Assembly (NCBI GenBank): GCA_963752595.1
Contig: CAVVYZ010000005.1
Location: 192,001-256,000 of the forward strand
DNA: 64,000 nucleotides
Source of the DNA: an uncultured delta proteobacterium
GTDB taxonomy: Bacteria > Desulfobacterota > Desulfomonilia > UBA1062
Direction of reading: 5' to 3'
Shown here: positions 21,296-31,131 of the stretch, in pieces
Layout of the letters: each line of letters begins with the position of its first letter
Position numbering within the stretch: the stretch's first letter is position 1
Program-made: the position numbers and the translations under genes
The notes under the pieces: model-generated
Database searches by the model: none
What the model was told of the DNA's origin: nothing
The model's input: the letters and a program-made list of their open reading frames with translations, nothing else

Positions 21296-22191
21296 ATTCA
21301 AGGATGCCATGTTACATCATCATCTCTCCGGTCCGGAACGAGGAAAAGTATCTTCCGGACACCATCCGCAGCATCGCGGACCAGACCGTCCAGCCTGCGG
21401 AATATATCCTCGTGGATGACGGCTCCACGGACAGCACACTCGAGATCATCAGGGAAGCAGCCGCAAAATACCCCTGGATTCACTCGATCAGGAGGCAGGA
21501 CCGCGGGGAGAGGAAGGTCGGACCCGGTGTCGTCGAAGCCTTTTACGACGGCTATCACGCCATCGAGACCGGGGAATACGATTTTATCTGCAAGATGGAC
21601 GGCGACCTCACGGTGAGCCCGCGATATTTTGAGACCCTGTTTGAGAAATTCGCTGAAGACCCGTTCCTGGGTGCGGCAAGCGGCAAGCTTTTTCTGGACC
21701 TGAGCGACGGAAAGCTCGTCGAGGAGCGCATCACGGACGAAAGCGTGCTCGGCGGCGTGCTCTGTCTGAAGAAGAAATGCTTCGACGCCATCGGCGGTTT
21801 CGTGTGCCAGGTCATGTGGGACGGCATCACCTTCCACCGGTGCCGCATGGAGGGATTCCGGACGCACAGTTTCCGGGACGGCGATCTGAAGATTTTCGAC
21901 CACCGCATCATGGGCTCTTCGCAGAAGAGCATCTTCCACGGCCGCACCAGATGGGGATGGGGGCAGTACTTCATGGGCACCCACCCCTTGTACATCATGG
22001 CAGTCGGAGCCTACCGGATGATCGAGCGTCCGTTTGTCATCGGAGGCATCCTCATCCTCTGGGGATACCTCAAAGGATGGCTTACGAGAACACCCCGGTA
22101 TGACTTCCCCGGGTTCAGGAAATCGCTCCAGGCATGGCAGATGGAACGGCTTAAGTTGGGAAAGAGGATCGAGGTTATCCCGCCTGCTTGA
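21292..22191 (+). CDS. GT2 glycosyltransferase
   Basis: SPVRNEE, VDDGSTD, KMDGD. Confidence 0.9.
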   Translation: MNSRMPCYIIISPVRNEEKYLPDTIRSIADQTVQPAEYILVDDGSTDSTLEIIREAAAKYPWIHSIRRQDRGERKVGPGVVEAFYDGYHAIETGEYDFICKMDGDLTVSPRYFETLFEKFAEDPFLGAASGKLFLDLSDGKLVEERITDESVLGGVLCLKKKCFDAIGGFVCQVMWDGITFHRCRMEGFRTHSFRDGDLKIFDHRIMGSSQKSIFHGRTRWGWGQYFMGTHPLYIMAVGAYRMIERPFVIGGILILWGYLKGWLTRTPRYDFPGFRKSLQAWQMERLKLGKRIEVIPPA

Positions 22192-22229
22192 GAAGGCCCA
22201 AGCGGAATTATATGCAAGCATGCAAGAAA

Positions 22230-23204
22230 ATGACGGATCCCGTTGAATTCTCCATAATCATCGTATCCTTCAATACAAGGGAAACGACAAGGGAGAGCCT
22301 TTCGTATATCGTGCAGTACGCCCCGGATGCGTCCTTTGAGGTCATCCTCGTGGACAATGCATCGACCGACGGATCGGCGGACATGGCGGAGCATGATTTC
22401 CCCTGGGTAAGGCTCATCCGCCTCCAAAAAAACAAGGGATTTGCCGGCGGCAATAACGAGGGGATCAGGAAGGCATCGGGAAGGTATCTCCTGCTCCTGA
22501 ATTCGGACGCGTTCATCGGCGAAGGCGTGCTTTATTCCACCTTCGATTTCATGGAGAAGAATCCCTCCATCGGCGTGCTCGGCTGTTCACTCACCAACCC
22601 TGACGGCTCGCTCCAGGCTTCGGCCAGGATGCTCCCGTGCCTTTTGAACAAGTTCCTCGTCCTCTCGGGGCTCACTTCCCGTTTCCCGAAGTCACGTTTC
22701 TTCGGCCGGGTCGATTTTTCATGGTGGGATCACTCGTGCCCCCGCAAGGTTGGGTGGGTCGTGGGTGCGTATTTCCTGATCCGGAGAAAGGTCGTGGAGG
22801 ACGTGGGCCTGCTCGACGAGAGGTATTTCCTGTATTCCGAGGAGATAGACTTCTGCAGAACCGCTCAAAAGGCCGGCTGGGACGTGGTCTTCTACCCGTA
22901 TGCCCGGGTCGTGCATCTGGGGGGCCTGAGCGCTGCGTGCTCAGGCGAACAGGTATCGCCTCACGGCAGACAACTGACAGCCCAGCGCATCAAGAGCGAG
23001 TTCAGATACTACCGGAAGTGGCATGGCCCGGTCTGGGTCATGGCATCCGCTCTTATGGAGCTTTCCTGGCGGCTGATGATAGTGCTCAAGAACCTGCCTT
23101 CACGCTCGCAGAAGGCGCAATTCAAGAAAAGGGAGTCCCTCATGGTTTCCAGGCTCATCGTTGAAACACTTCTCACAGACAGATTCGGCAAGGGGATCGA
23201 CTGA
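22230..23204 (+). CDS. GT2 glycosyltransferase (WbbL-like)
   Basis: IIVSFN, VDNASTD, LLLNSD, YFLYSEEIDFC. Start could be 22212 or 22230. Confidence 0.88.
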   Translation: MTDPVEFSIIIVSFNTRETTRESLSYIVQYAPDASFEVILVDNASTDGSADMAEHDFPWVRLIRLQKNKGFAGGNNEGIRKASGRYLLLLNSDAFIGEGVLYSTFDFMEKNPSIGVLGCSLTNPDGSLQASARMLPCLLNKFLVLSGLTSRFPKSRFFGRVDFSWWDHSCPRKVGWVVGAYFLIRRKVVEDVGLLDERYFLYSEEIDFCRTAQKAGWDVVFYPYARVVHLGGLSAACSGEQVSPHGRQLTAQRIKSEFRYYRKWHGPVWVMASALMELSWRLMIVLKNLPSRSQKAQFKKRESLMVSRLIVETLLTDRFGKGID

Positions 23205-23785
23205 TGGGACCCGTAACGAGGCTGCGTCATCTCATCAACAGAGCTCATCTCATGCTCGACAAATCATTTTATGCCGAATACCTGAGGAGGCAGGGTGTAC
23301 AGATCGGTCAAAACTCATCCATCCTCTATCCGTCATACATCGACGGCCGACTGCCGTATCTCGTTGAGATCGGAAACAATGTGATCATATCCCTTAACGT
23401 GACGATCCTCACCCACGATGCAACGACCGCCTATGCCGGAGACCTCATCAAGGTGGGTAAGGTCATCATTCGTGACAGGAGCTTTATCGGTACGAAATCG
23501 ACCATCCTGTGCAATGTGACGATCGGTCCCAACTCGATCGTGGGCGCCGGCTCGGTGGTTACCCATGATGTCCCGCCCGACACCGTCTGTGCGGGAAATC
23601 CGGCCAGGGTCGTGGGCTCCATCGAGGATTTCAAGAAAAACCATGCAGCAAAGGGCACAGAACGGCCCCTCTTCCTTGCAGGGAACTACATGCATCCTTA
23701 TATACCTGGAAAGATGAGGGAAGGACTGCGCCGGGCCCTGGCCGAGGATTTCGGATATTTCTGCTCAAGGTTACCCCGCAAATGA
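23204..23785 (+). CDS. Hexapeptide-repeat acyltransferase
   Basis: ILTHD and GAGSVVTHDVP...GNPAR. Confidence 0.85.
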   Translation: MGPVTRLRHLINRAHLMLDKSFYAEYLRRQGVQIGQNSSILYPSYIDGRLPYLVEIGNNVIISLNVTILTHDATTAYAGDLIKVGKVIIRDRSFIGTKSTILCNVTIGPNSIVGAGSVVTHDVPPDTVCAGNPARVVGSIEDFKKNHAAKGTERPLFLAGNYMHPYIPGKMREGLRRALAEDFGYFCSRLPRK

Positions 23786-23842
23786 CCTTACGTTGTGAGC
23801 CCGGGGCATAACAGGAATATTACTGATGAGGATGCGGTACCC

Positions 23843-24946
23843 ATGGAAAAGGATCTTCAACCCATAAGCGTCGTGATCATCGGGATCAATGTGGAGAAAT
23901 ACATCGGCGGATGTATTTCGTCGGTCCCCACGCCGATTATCCGAAAGCAAGCCTTGAGATCATCTACGTGGATGGCGGCTCGAACGATCGAAGCATTGAG
24001 ATCGCGATGGAATTTCCCGGGGTCCGGATCATCGAACTTCAGGACCCTCATCCCACCCCCGGCAAGGGCCGCAATGCAGGGATTGCCCAGGCAGACCATG
24101 GTATTGTCCAGTTCCTTGATGCCGATACTATCCTCCATCCCGGATGGCTCCGCACGGCACTCCCGTATCTGAACGGTACTGTGGCGGCGGTGGCAGGGCG
24201 GATACAGGAGAAATACCCGGGGAAGAATCTCTACCATGTTGATCGGAAACATGGATTGGGGCATTTCCGCCGGCAAACAGGGCCATATATTTACAGAAGG
24301 CCCGAGCGCCACCTTCGGCGGCATCGTGCTGGCACGAAAAGACGCGATCATAGGTGTGAATGGATATGACGAGAGCCTCATAGCAGGAGAAGACCCTGAT
24401 TTGAGCTACCGGGTAAGGAGGCAGGGGTGGACCATCTACCGGATCACTGCGGACATGGTCGTACATGACCTCAACATGAACTCGTTCCGGCACTACTGCA
24501 GGAGGGCCTTCCGGAGCGGTCACGCCTATGCGGAGATCGGGTTGAGGTACAGGAAGGGAAAAGAGAAGTTTTTTCTGAGGCAGCTCCTGAGGATCTGTCT
24601 CGGCGCTACGATTCCGGCAGCCGTCATATTCTTCGGAATCCTGATGAAACGATTGGGGTTTGCATTATTTCTTGCAACAGCGATTGCCTGCAGGCCTTTC
24701 CGCAAGATCAATCGTTTCATAGCGCCGCCGCTGGGTATGCGGGCTGCCATCCTCTACTGCGCACACTTATCGTTTGTTGTGTATCCTCAGTTTTTCGGCG
24801 CCATGAGGTATCTGGCAACCTGCTTCACCGGCATGCCTTTGCAGAATAAAGGCTATGTCCCGCATACCCATCCGGTTGACCGGGATGATACACAAAAAGC
24901 GGCCGCTGAATGTCCCTTGAGCGGAAGAACGATAAGAACAGCATGA
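23843..24946 (+). pseudogene. GT2 glycosyltransferase split by two single-base indels (pseudogene or sequencing error)
   Basis: GT2 motifs lie in three consecutive ORFs (ISVVIIGIN; YVDGGSND and FLDAD; GYDE..GEDPDL). Shifts near 23926 and 24238. Confidence 0.75.
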
Positions 24947-26823
24947 GCGGCGCCTATATCGTCCAGAAAGAAAACCGAGCGGACCTGCACGAGCTCGCCC
25001 GCCTGCTCTCTTCAGCCCTTTCCTATGGCGGAGAATATGTAAACCATTACTGTAGCCATGGGCAAACCGTCATGGGGCTTGTGGGCAATGATAAGTTCAG
25101 AAAAGGGGTCATGCCGGTCTATATTCCCTCCGAAAGGCTCTGGGTTGTGCTCATGGGAGAGCTCTACGAAAGTGACGGTTTAACCTCCTTCCGGGAGCAG
25201 AATCCTGACATCAGTGATGATGCCGAGGTATTTGCCCGCCTGTTCCGGAGAGGTGATCTGATAAAGGCACTCCCCGACCTCAATGGTGCCTTCTTTGTAA
25301 TGCTCTTTGATCCCCTCGATGATACCGTTATCGCTGCAAACGACAGATACGGCCTCTATCCCATGTATTGGTCACGGAGTGCAGACGGGTTCTGCCTGGC
25401 GAGCAGGGTCATCTGCCCGGTCATATCAGGTGTTGCGGATGGAGAGTGGGATCTCGCGGGGGTAGCCCAGTTCCTTGCCCTGGATGACTTTCTCGGCGAA
25501 ACGACCCTGGTCTCAGGGGTAAGCACATTCCCCCAGGCATCGGTACTGATAAAAAAGGACGGCTCTCTCTCCTGGCAGAAATACTGGAGTTACCGGTATA
25601 TTCCCGATGATCATCTTTTGCCTGAGAAAGAACTGGCTGAAGAACTGGGACAACGTTTCCTCAAGGCCGTGAAGGCTCAGACCAGAAGCGCCAGGCGCAT
25701 CGGTGTGACTTTGAGCGGAGGCCTCGATTCACGGGTTATCGTCGCTGCAGCTTCACATGCAGGAATACCGGTGCGGACTTTTACCTGGGGCAAACCCGGC
25801 TCGTACGATAGAATATTCGCCGGCCAGGTTTCACGTCTCTACAGGACAGAGCACCACGACTGCGATTATGCATGTCACAACCTCCAGACAAGATTCTTTG
25901 ACGGCATCCGGATAACCGAGGGACTCATCAATTACTTTGACTGCCACATGCTCTTTCACCTCCACATCCTCAAAGAGCATGCCGACCTCATCCTCAACGG
26001 ATATGCCGGAGACCTCGTCCTGGGAGGTTCATATCTGAGAAGCGCCTGGATGTCTCCATACCCGAATGGAGAACTTGCCGGGAAGCTCTTTGCCTGGAGA
26101 AATACCCTTGTCCCGGAAAGTTCCCTAGCGGAGGTGATACCCGATTTTCCCCGACTCGAAAGACAATGCCGTCCGTCAATGCTGTATCAGGAAATGATTT
26201 CCCGGCTGGGGAGCGGTCTCCCCCCGGCAGACGCTGCAGATACGTTCTTCCTTGAAAACCGCGTGCGAAGATCCACAGCCATGGGCACCGTGCTGATGAG
26301 GGAAACAGTCGAATCAGCCTCCTGTTTTTTCGATTATCCACTTCTCGATCTCATAACCGCTATCCCTTATACGCTCCGCCATGAGCACCGGATGTACCGG
26401 GAGATGCTGAAATATTCATTCCCCGAATCCTTGAGGGTGCGATGGCAGCGGACCCTGCTGCCTGCATATACACCTTCTGCGATGGATCTGCCTGTCAAGG
26501 CATTCCTCAAGGGTTGCAGGATCCTTGAAAACAACTTCCACTGGCCTCACATCTCTTCCCGCCAGGCACCGGTTGATTTCTCCATCCTGGTCCGCGGAAT
26601 CTTGAGACCCTGGATGGACAGCATTATCTACGATACCTATCCGTTAAGCGATCAGATCCTGAACCCCGATTTCTGCGAGCAGATATGGAACAGTCACCTC
26701 GCAGGAGAAAATCATATCCGCCTGCTCGGTGTCATCGCAAGCATCCGGGGATTTTCCTCACACTTAAGGCAGGCTCGCTCTAAAACAACATCCTGCAATG
26801 TATTCCCTGTTGAGATAAGATAA
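24943..26823 (+). CDS. Asparagine-synthase-family amide ligase
   Basis: ATGA overlap with the upstream stop. Motifs LNGAF, DRYG, LSGGLDSR, NGYAGD. Confidence 0.85.
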   Translation: MSGAYIVQKENRADLHELARLLSSALSYGGEYVNHYCSHGQTVMGLVGNDKFRKGVMPVYIPSERLWVVLMGELYESDGLTSFREQNPDISDDAEVFARLFRRGDLIKALPDLNGAFFVMLFDPLDDTVIAANDRYGLYPMYWSRSADGFCLASRVICPVISGVADGEWDLAGVAQFLALDDFLGETTLVSGVSTFPQASVLIKKDGSLSWQKYWSYRYIPDDHLLPEKELAEELGQRFLKAVKAQTRSARRIGVTLSGGLDSRVIVAAASHAGIPVRTFTWGKPGSYDRIFAGQVSRLYRTEHHDCDYACHNLQTRFFDGIRITEGLINYFDCHMLFHLHILKEHADLILNGYAGDLVLGGSYLRSAWMSPYPNGELAGKLFAWRNTLVPESSLAEVIPDFPRLERQCRPSMLYQEMISRLGSGLPPADAADTFFLENRVRRSTAMGTVLMRETVESASCFFDYPLLDLITAIPYTLRHEHRMYREMLKYSFPESLRVRWQRTLLPAYTPSAMDLPVKAFLKGCRILENNFHWPHISSRQAPVDFSILVRGILRPWMDSIIYDTYPLSDQILNPDFCEQIWNSHLAGENHIRLLGVIASIRGFSSHLRQARSKTTSCNVFPVEIR

Positions 26824-26831
26824 TGGGAAAC

Positions 26832-26859
26832 TCAAGCATATCCAAGATACGGCCGATGA
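26832..26859 (+). promoter_or_regulatory. Sigma28-like promoter upstream of the PEP-CTERM cassette
   Basis: TCAA-N16-GCCGATGA in the intergenic region. Confidence 0.45.
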
Positions 26860-27028
26860 AATACAATGGAGTATCAAACCCCATCGAGAGAGTATCCGAA
26901 GGCAGTGACGCTCTTGGCCGGTGAACTGAGGGAGGCCTGAGAACATGACGATCAGCGATATCCAGAAAAAAAATTGTACGCATTTCATAAGAAAAAATCT
27001 TTGCCCTTACAGCAGACCTATCTCCGGA

Positions 27029-27880
27029 ATGATCCGTTCGGCATCCATAGCAATCCTCACCTTGCTCGTCTCCCTATCATCTGCGGCCGCCGCACAGTAC
27101 TCACCCATCCAGTCCCCTGCACGACCTTTCGGGCTGAATATCGTGGATCAGGTACAGGTGGCAGGCTCGGATCAGCGTTCCGCTGATTTCCAGAGCAATT
27201 ACCTGTCTCTCATGAGCCAGTGGGGAAACATGGATCTCACCTCTCCCTCGTTTACCCAGCACACCTCTACCATCGCCCTGGACCCTTCAAAGATCAGCCT
27301 GGCCACTCAGTACGATTCCCGTGTGTATTTTATTGGCGACAATACCTGGAAGCATAGTGCACTAGGATTCAACACTGCAGGAGGAGGGATCACAGGCGGC
27401 AACCCTTTGCTCATTTTTCCGGATGCATCGGAATCAACCACTACCGCAGCGGTAAGACCATCAAAGGTCAAAGTCCCTGTGCGGACTACAACCGATCCTC
27501 TCCTGCCTGGCGACTTCGTCAGTCTAGGCACCCTTTCCGGCGGGACGCAGCTTGATTTCTTCCTGATCTCCGAGAGAACAAAAAAGATCACCGATGTCTT
27601 CTCTACCGAAGCTTCGATCAATCCCGACGGACTCAGCCATGCTCTGGTCTTTGCAAGGCCTGACAGCCCGTACCTGTTCATCGGGTTTGAAGACCTTTAT
27701 GGGGTAAGCAACGGGGGGAGCAACAGCGTCCTCTTTGCCCTGGATGTCGGTGCTGGGAATATCCATGCTTTGACCAATATGCCCGAACCTTCGACAATGC
27801 TTGTCCTGGGCTCATTCCTAACTCTCGTGATATGCCGTAAACGTACCCTTGATCTTAAACGCAAATCTCAAATGACTTGA
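27029..27880 (+). CDS. PEP-CTERM sorting-signal protein with DUF4114-like domain
   Basis: Signal peptide (SLSSAAAA), IGFEDL, and C-terminal MPEPSTMLVLGSFLTLVI-CRKR. An alternative start lies at 26945. Confidence 0.85.
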   Translation: MIRSASIAILTLLVSLSSAAAAQYSPIQSPARPFGLNIVDQVQVAGSDQRSADFQSNYLSLMSQWGNMDLTSPSFTQHTSTIALDPSKISLATQYDSRVYFIGDNTWKHSALGFNTAGGGITGGNPLLIFPDASESTTTAAVRPSKVKVPVRTTTDPLLPGDFVSLGTLSGGTQLDFFLISERTKKITDVFSTEASINPDGLSHALVFARPDSPYLFIGFEDLYGVSNGGSNSVLFALDVGAGNIHALTNMPEPSTMLVLGSFLTLVICRKRTLDLKRKSQMT

Positions 27881-29853
27881 TGCGGTTATCCTCAAAACAG
27901 GCGGTGTTGCTCGGCCTGGGAGTGCTCATCCTGGGCATCGCCATTGTTGCCGGATTTTTCAGCTGGCGCTCCTACGTGATAAGCTCGCAGGAAAAGCGCT
28001 CTCTTGCTGCTGCAGAGCGACTCATAGAGCAGGCCCGGCCGAACGAGGCCCTTGCGATCATCAAAACCATGAAGGCCTCATCTCTGCCCGAGAATTCCGG
28101 AAAGTGGCTCTCTTTAGAGATCCGGACGCTTGAACAATCACGGAATATCCACAGATTGCTCTATCTTTACAGTCAGTATCCGCTGGAAGTCCTTACGCAC
28201 GAGAAGGCTTCCCTCCTCGTTGCCCGGGCCCTGCTCGAAACCAAGAAGATGGATCTCTTTACCCAGTTGAGGGATTCATGGCGCCCGCGTGAAAAGAGCC
28301 CTGAATTTTGGTTTGCCCTGGATGTAGACGCTCTCCTTACCCAGAGAAGGCAGGATGAGGCCCTTGCACTCCTCACCTCCCGATCCTTCAAAGGTGAGGC
28401 GGATTGCGGAAGGCTGGTTCGCCTCGCGCTCTTCAAGGCAGGAAAAAACCTGGACGAAGCATGGAACCTCCTGGATGAAGCCTACCGGGCCGATCCGCGT
28501 AATCCGGATGTCCGGTCATTCCGGGCTCAAGTCTTGGAATATGAGGGCAAAATGCCTCCTGCCCGCTTGGAGTATGTTGCCGCCCTTCTCTGCGATCCCA
28601 AAAATCCCTTGCTCCGGGATCAGCTTGCAGACTTCTACCGCAGACAGGGCAATTATATCCTGGCGTTGCAGACATGGATTGAAAGCTTTCCCTCCCCGGT
28701 CCCTGACTTTTTCTGGGTCAAGGCATTATTCTGGGCCAAGGTAACCCATCCTGTGGAAATAAATTTCGCGAAATCCTACGCCCCTGCCGGCGAAATGGCA
28801 CCCATGATCAAGATAATGCAGAATCTTAAGAAAGAGACCTTCTGGGATGATAACCTTCTGGGAGAGGAAGTCTCTCTTAATAAATTGGTTGAAAGCCGCC
28901 AGGAAATATTCTGGCTTCAGTTGATCCAGGCCCTGCAGGAAGGATCGGAGGCCAGGGCAATGGAACTGCTGAAATCCTCTCACTTTAAAAATTCCTCATT
29001 CCATCCTGAACTGGAGCGCACCCTCCAGATCGTCCTCGTCTACCGCAGGTGGGGCGTATTTGTCGAACCAGAGGAACAGACATTTAAACCGTATACATCA
29101 GGAAGACTTGAACACCAGCTTTTTGAGCAGATACATCTGCTTACTCACAAGAAGGACAGTTCCTATAAGAATGTCACCGTGCCGGACGATCTCGATGCCC
29201 TCCTGAAGAGCAAAGAAGCCTTCAGTTCGATGTTCCTCGCTGCCGGATGGTTAGAAGCTGCGATCGGGCTTCATAAGCTCCCGGTCATTCCCGATGGTTT
29301 CCCGGAATGGGTAGCTTATGGATTTACCCAGGCATTGAGATACAACAGGGGAAACAAAGCTGCCCTCGAATTTGCACGCCATCAGAAAATCACTCCTGCA
29401 CTCGATATGCTAACCTCGGAGATACTGCTCGCTGAAAACCGCGCCGACAAGGCTCTGCCAAGATTGCAATTACTTGCACAGAACGATACCGACATAGGGT
29501 TCCGGGCTGCCTGGCTGATGAGCATGGCATCTTTGAACAAAGGCGATCTCAATGAATCAAGGCGGATCGTACAGGATCACAAATCCCTCTCCGGCAGCAT
29601 CGCAGGCAGGCAGATCCTTGCAAGAATCGCCCTGAACGAAGGCAATGTCCCGGAGGCGGACCATTTATACGGAACGCTTGCCGGTGAGTCCCTTGAGGCC
29701 AGATCATATCTTGCCCGCAGGGCCTTCGAACGCAAGGACTGGAAAACGGCCAAAAGATTCACCCAAGAGCTCCTCAACTATTTCCCTGACATGATGGAAT
29801 TACGGGACAACATGCAAAAGATCGCACGGGAAGAGAAGCATGGCCGCCCGTGA
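27880..29853 (+). CDS. Membrane-anchored TPR-repeat protein
   Basis: N-terminal TM helix and helical repeats such as AYRADPRNPDVRSFRA and ALLCDPKNPLLRDQLA. Confidence 0.7.
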   Translation: MRLSSKQAVLLGLGVLILGIAIVAGFFSWRSYVISSQEKRSLAAAERLIEQARPNEALAIIKTMKASSLPENSGKWLSLEIRTLEQSRNIHRLLYLYSQYPLEVLTHEKASLLVARALLETKKMDLFTQLRDSWRPREKSPEFWFALDVDALLTQRRQDEALALLTSRSFKGEADCGRLVRLALFKAGKNLDEAWNLLDEAYRADPRNPDVRSFRAQVLEYEGKMPPARLEYVAALLCDPKNPLLRDQLADFYRRQGNYILALQTWIESFPSPVPDFFWVKALFWAKVTHPVEINFAKSYAPAGEMAPMIKIMQNLKKETFWDDNLLGEEVSLNKLVESRQEIFWLQLIQALQEGSEARAMELLKSSHFKNSSFHPELERTLQIVLVYRRWGVFVEPEEQTFKPYTSGRLEHQLFEQIHLLTHKKDSSYKNVTVPDDLDALLKSKEAFSSMFLAAGWLEAAIGLHKLPVIPDGFPEWVAYGFTQALRYNRGNKAALEFARHQKITPALDMLTSEILLAENRADKALPRLQLLAQNDTDIGFRAAWLMSMASLNKGDLNESRRIVQDHKSLSGSIAGRQILARIALNEGNVPEADHLYGTLAGESLEARSYLARRAFERKDWKTAKRFTQELLNYFPDMMELRDNMQKIAREEKHGRP

Positions 29854-30661
29854 TATCTCTTTTCTTTCGCTCCTTTTCTTTTTGGCGATCTATATCTGGT
29901 TGAGGGATCTCACAGGGATAACTTCTCTGGAAAACACCCTTCCCATACTCCTGTCCCTGCCCCTGTTCGTCTATATGGGGAGCCCCTGGAAACTGCAGGA
30001 AAACCCTCAGCCGATCTCTTACAGCAACCTCGTCATCGGTACGGCAGGGTTTGTCCTGGGCATCCTGATGGATGTTCCACTCCTTCCGGCTGCAAGCTGG
30101 ACGTATCTTTTATGGACATGGCTCTGCCCACGCGTGAATCCACACGATCTACCCTCCGTACGAAGGCTTATGATCCTACCTCTTTTCGCCTTCCCATGGC
30201 TGAATCTCGAAGGGAATTACATTGGATGGTATTTCAGGCTCTCCGGCGCCTGGGTAACTGCGAAGACCTTCTCAGTCATGGGGTTCAATGTGCTGCACGA
30301 GGGCACACAGCTCATAGTCCAGGGGTTGCCTGTGGGAATCGGCGAGGCCTGTTCGGGTATCAATGTCCTCCAATCCATGCTTATAGCCGGTTCTGCCCTG
30401 GCGTATCTCTATGTCGGCAGGTTGAAGATTTTCTGGTTGAATCTCGTGGCACTGGTAATTATTGCGTGGCTGGCAAATACCTTACGGATCGTTATCCTCT
30501 GCATCACGGCGCTGACCATGGGCCGGGAATTCGCGCTGGGAATATTCCATACCTGGGGCGGGTGTCTGGTTCTCTTCCTGATGCTCTGCCTTACCTGGGC
30601 CATTCTCTCCCTGCAAGTTGCATATATCCGAAAGCCTGCCGCCTCATCAGCCTGTCCATGA
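29840..30661 (+). CDS. Exosortase/archaeosortase family transpeptidase
   Basis: Catalytic Cys/Arg/His in EACSG, ANTLRI and FHTWGG; multi-TM. Confidence 0.9.
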   Translation: MAARDISFLSLLFFLAIYIWLRDLTGITSLENTLPILLSLPLFVYMGSPWKLQENPQPISYSNLVIGTAGFVLGILMDVPLLPAASWTYLLWTWLCPRVNPHDLPSVRRLMILPLFAFPWLNLEGNYIGWYFRLSGAWVTAKTFSVMGFNVLHEGTQLIVQGLPVGIGEACSGINVLQSMLIAGSALAYLYVGRLKIFWLNLVALVIIAWLANTLRIVILCITALTMGREFALGIFHTWGGCLVLFLMLCLTWAILSLQVAYIRKPAASSACP

Positions 30662-31131
30662 AAAGACCCCAACTCATATCGATTCTTATCTGCATCTATT
30701 GCATCCTGAATTCCTTAAATCTTGCAGAGACATGGATGTCAGCGGCAAGAGAAATTGCCGGTCCCATGGCTCTCGGCTTATGGAGCTCACCGGTGATCTT
30801 TTTCTGGTATATCCAGCAGAAAACACCACGGCCGACCAAAGAGAGGCCTCTCCTCTTAGGCCTTGCCCTGTTTTTCTCTTTTACCGGCATGCTGGGATCC
30901 CTGCGAGTCCTGGGCCATATCGGGCTTGCATGCGCCTTTGGCGCACTGCTCCCCAATTTGCCCGTGCATCTTTTCTGGCTTGCTGCTTCTATCTCCTGGA
31001 TGCCTGCACTTGACTGGTTTGGCGGAAGATTCTTCCCCGAGTATGTAACCGTTGCCCGTATTCTCCTGGCAACCATCCCATCCTGGTATTTTGTCCGATC
31101 GGTCCAACGCGTATCCAGGAATCAATCATGA
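30658..31131 (+). CDS. Hypothetical multi-TM protein in the exosortase cassette
   Basis: ATGA overlaps at both ends and a hydrophobic 157-aa product. Confidence 0.65.
   Translation: MKRPQLISILICIYCILNSLNLAETWMSAAREIAGPMALGLWSSPVIFFWYIQQKTPRPTKERPLLLGLALFFSFTGMLGSLRVLGHIGLACAFGALLPNLPVHLFWLAASISWMPALDWFGGRFFPEYVTVARILLATIPSWYFVRSVQRVSRNQS

Noticed and set aside
21298-22221. Long antisense ORFs here and at 5255-6118, 37598-38551, 40981-41871 and 53332-54084
   Set aside because: Each mirrors a clear conserved gene, as expected from codon bias.
26866-26940. 24-codon ORF upstream of the PEP-CTERM gene, loosely similar to 33321-33345
   Set aside because: No RBS, and the similarity is too short to distinguish from chance.
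30112-30657. N-terminal 182 codons of the 339-aa ORF
   Set aside because: Overlaps the exosortase in another frame; the likely start is ATG 30658.
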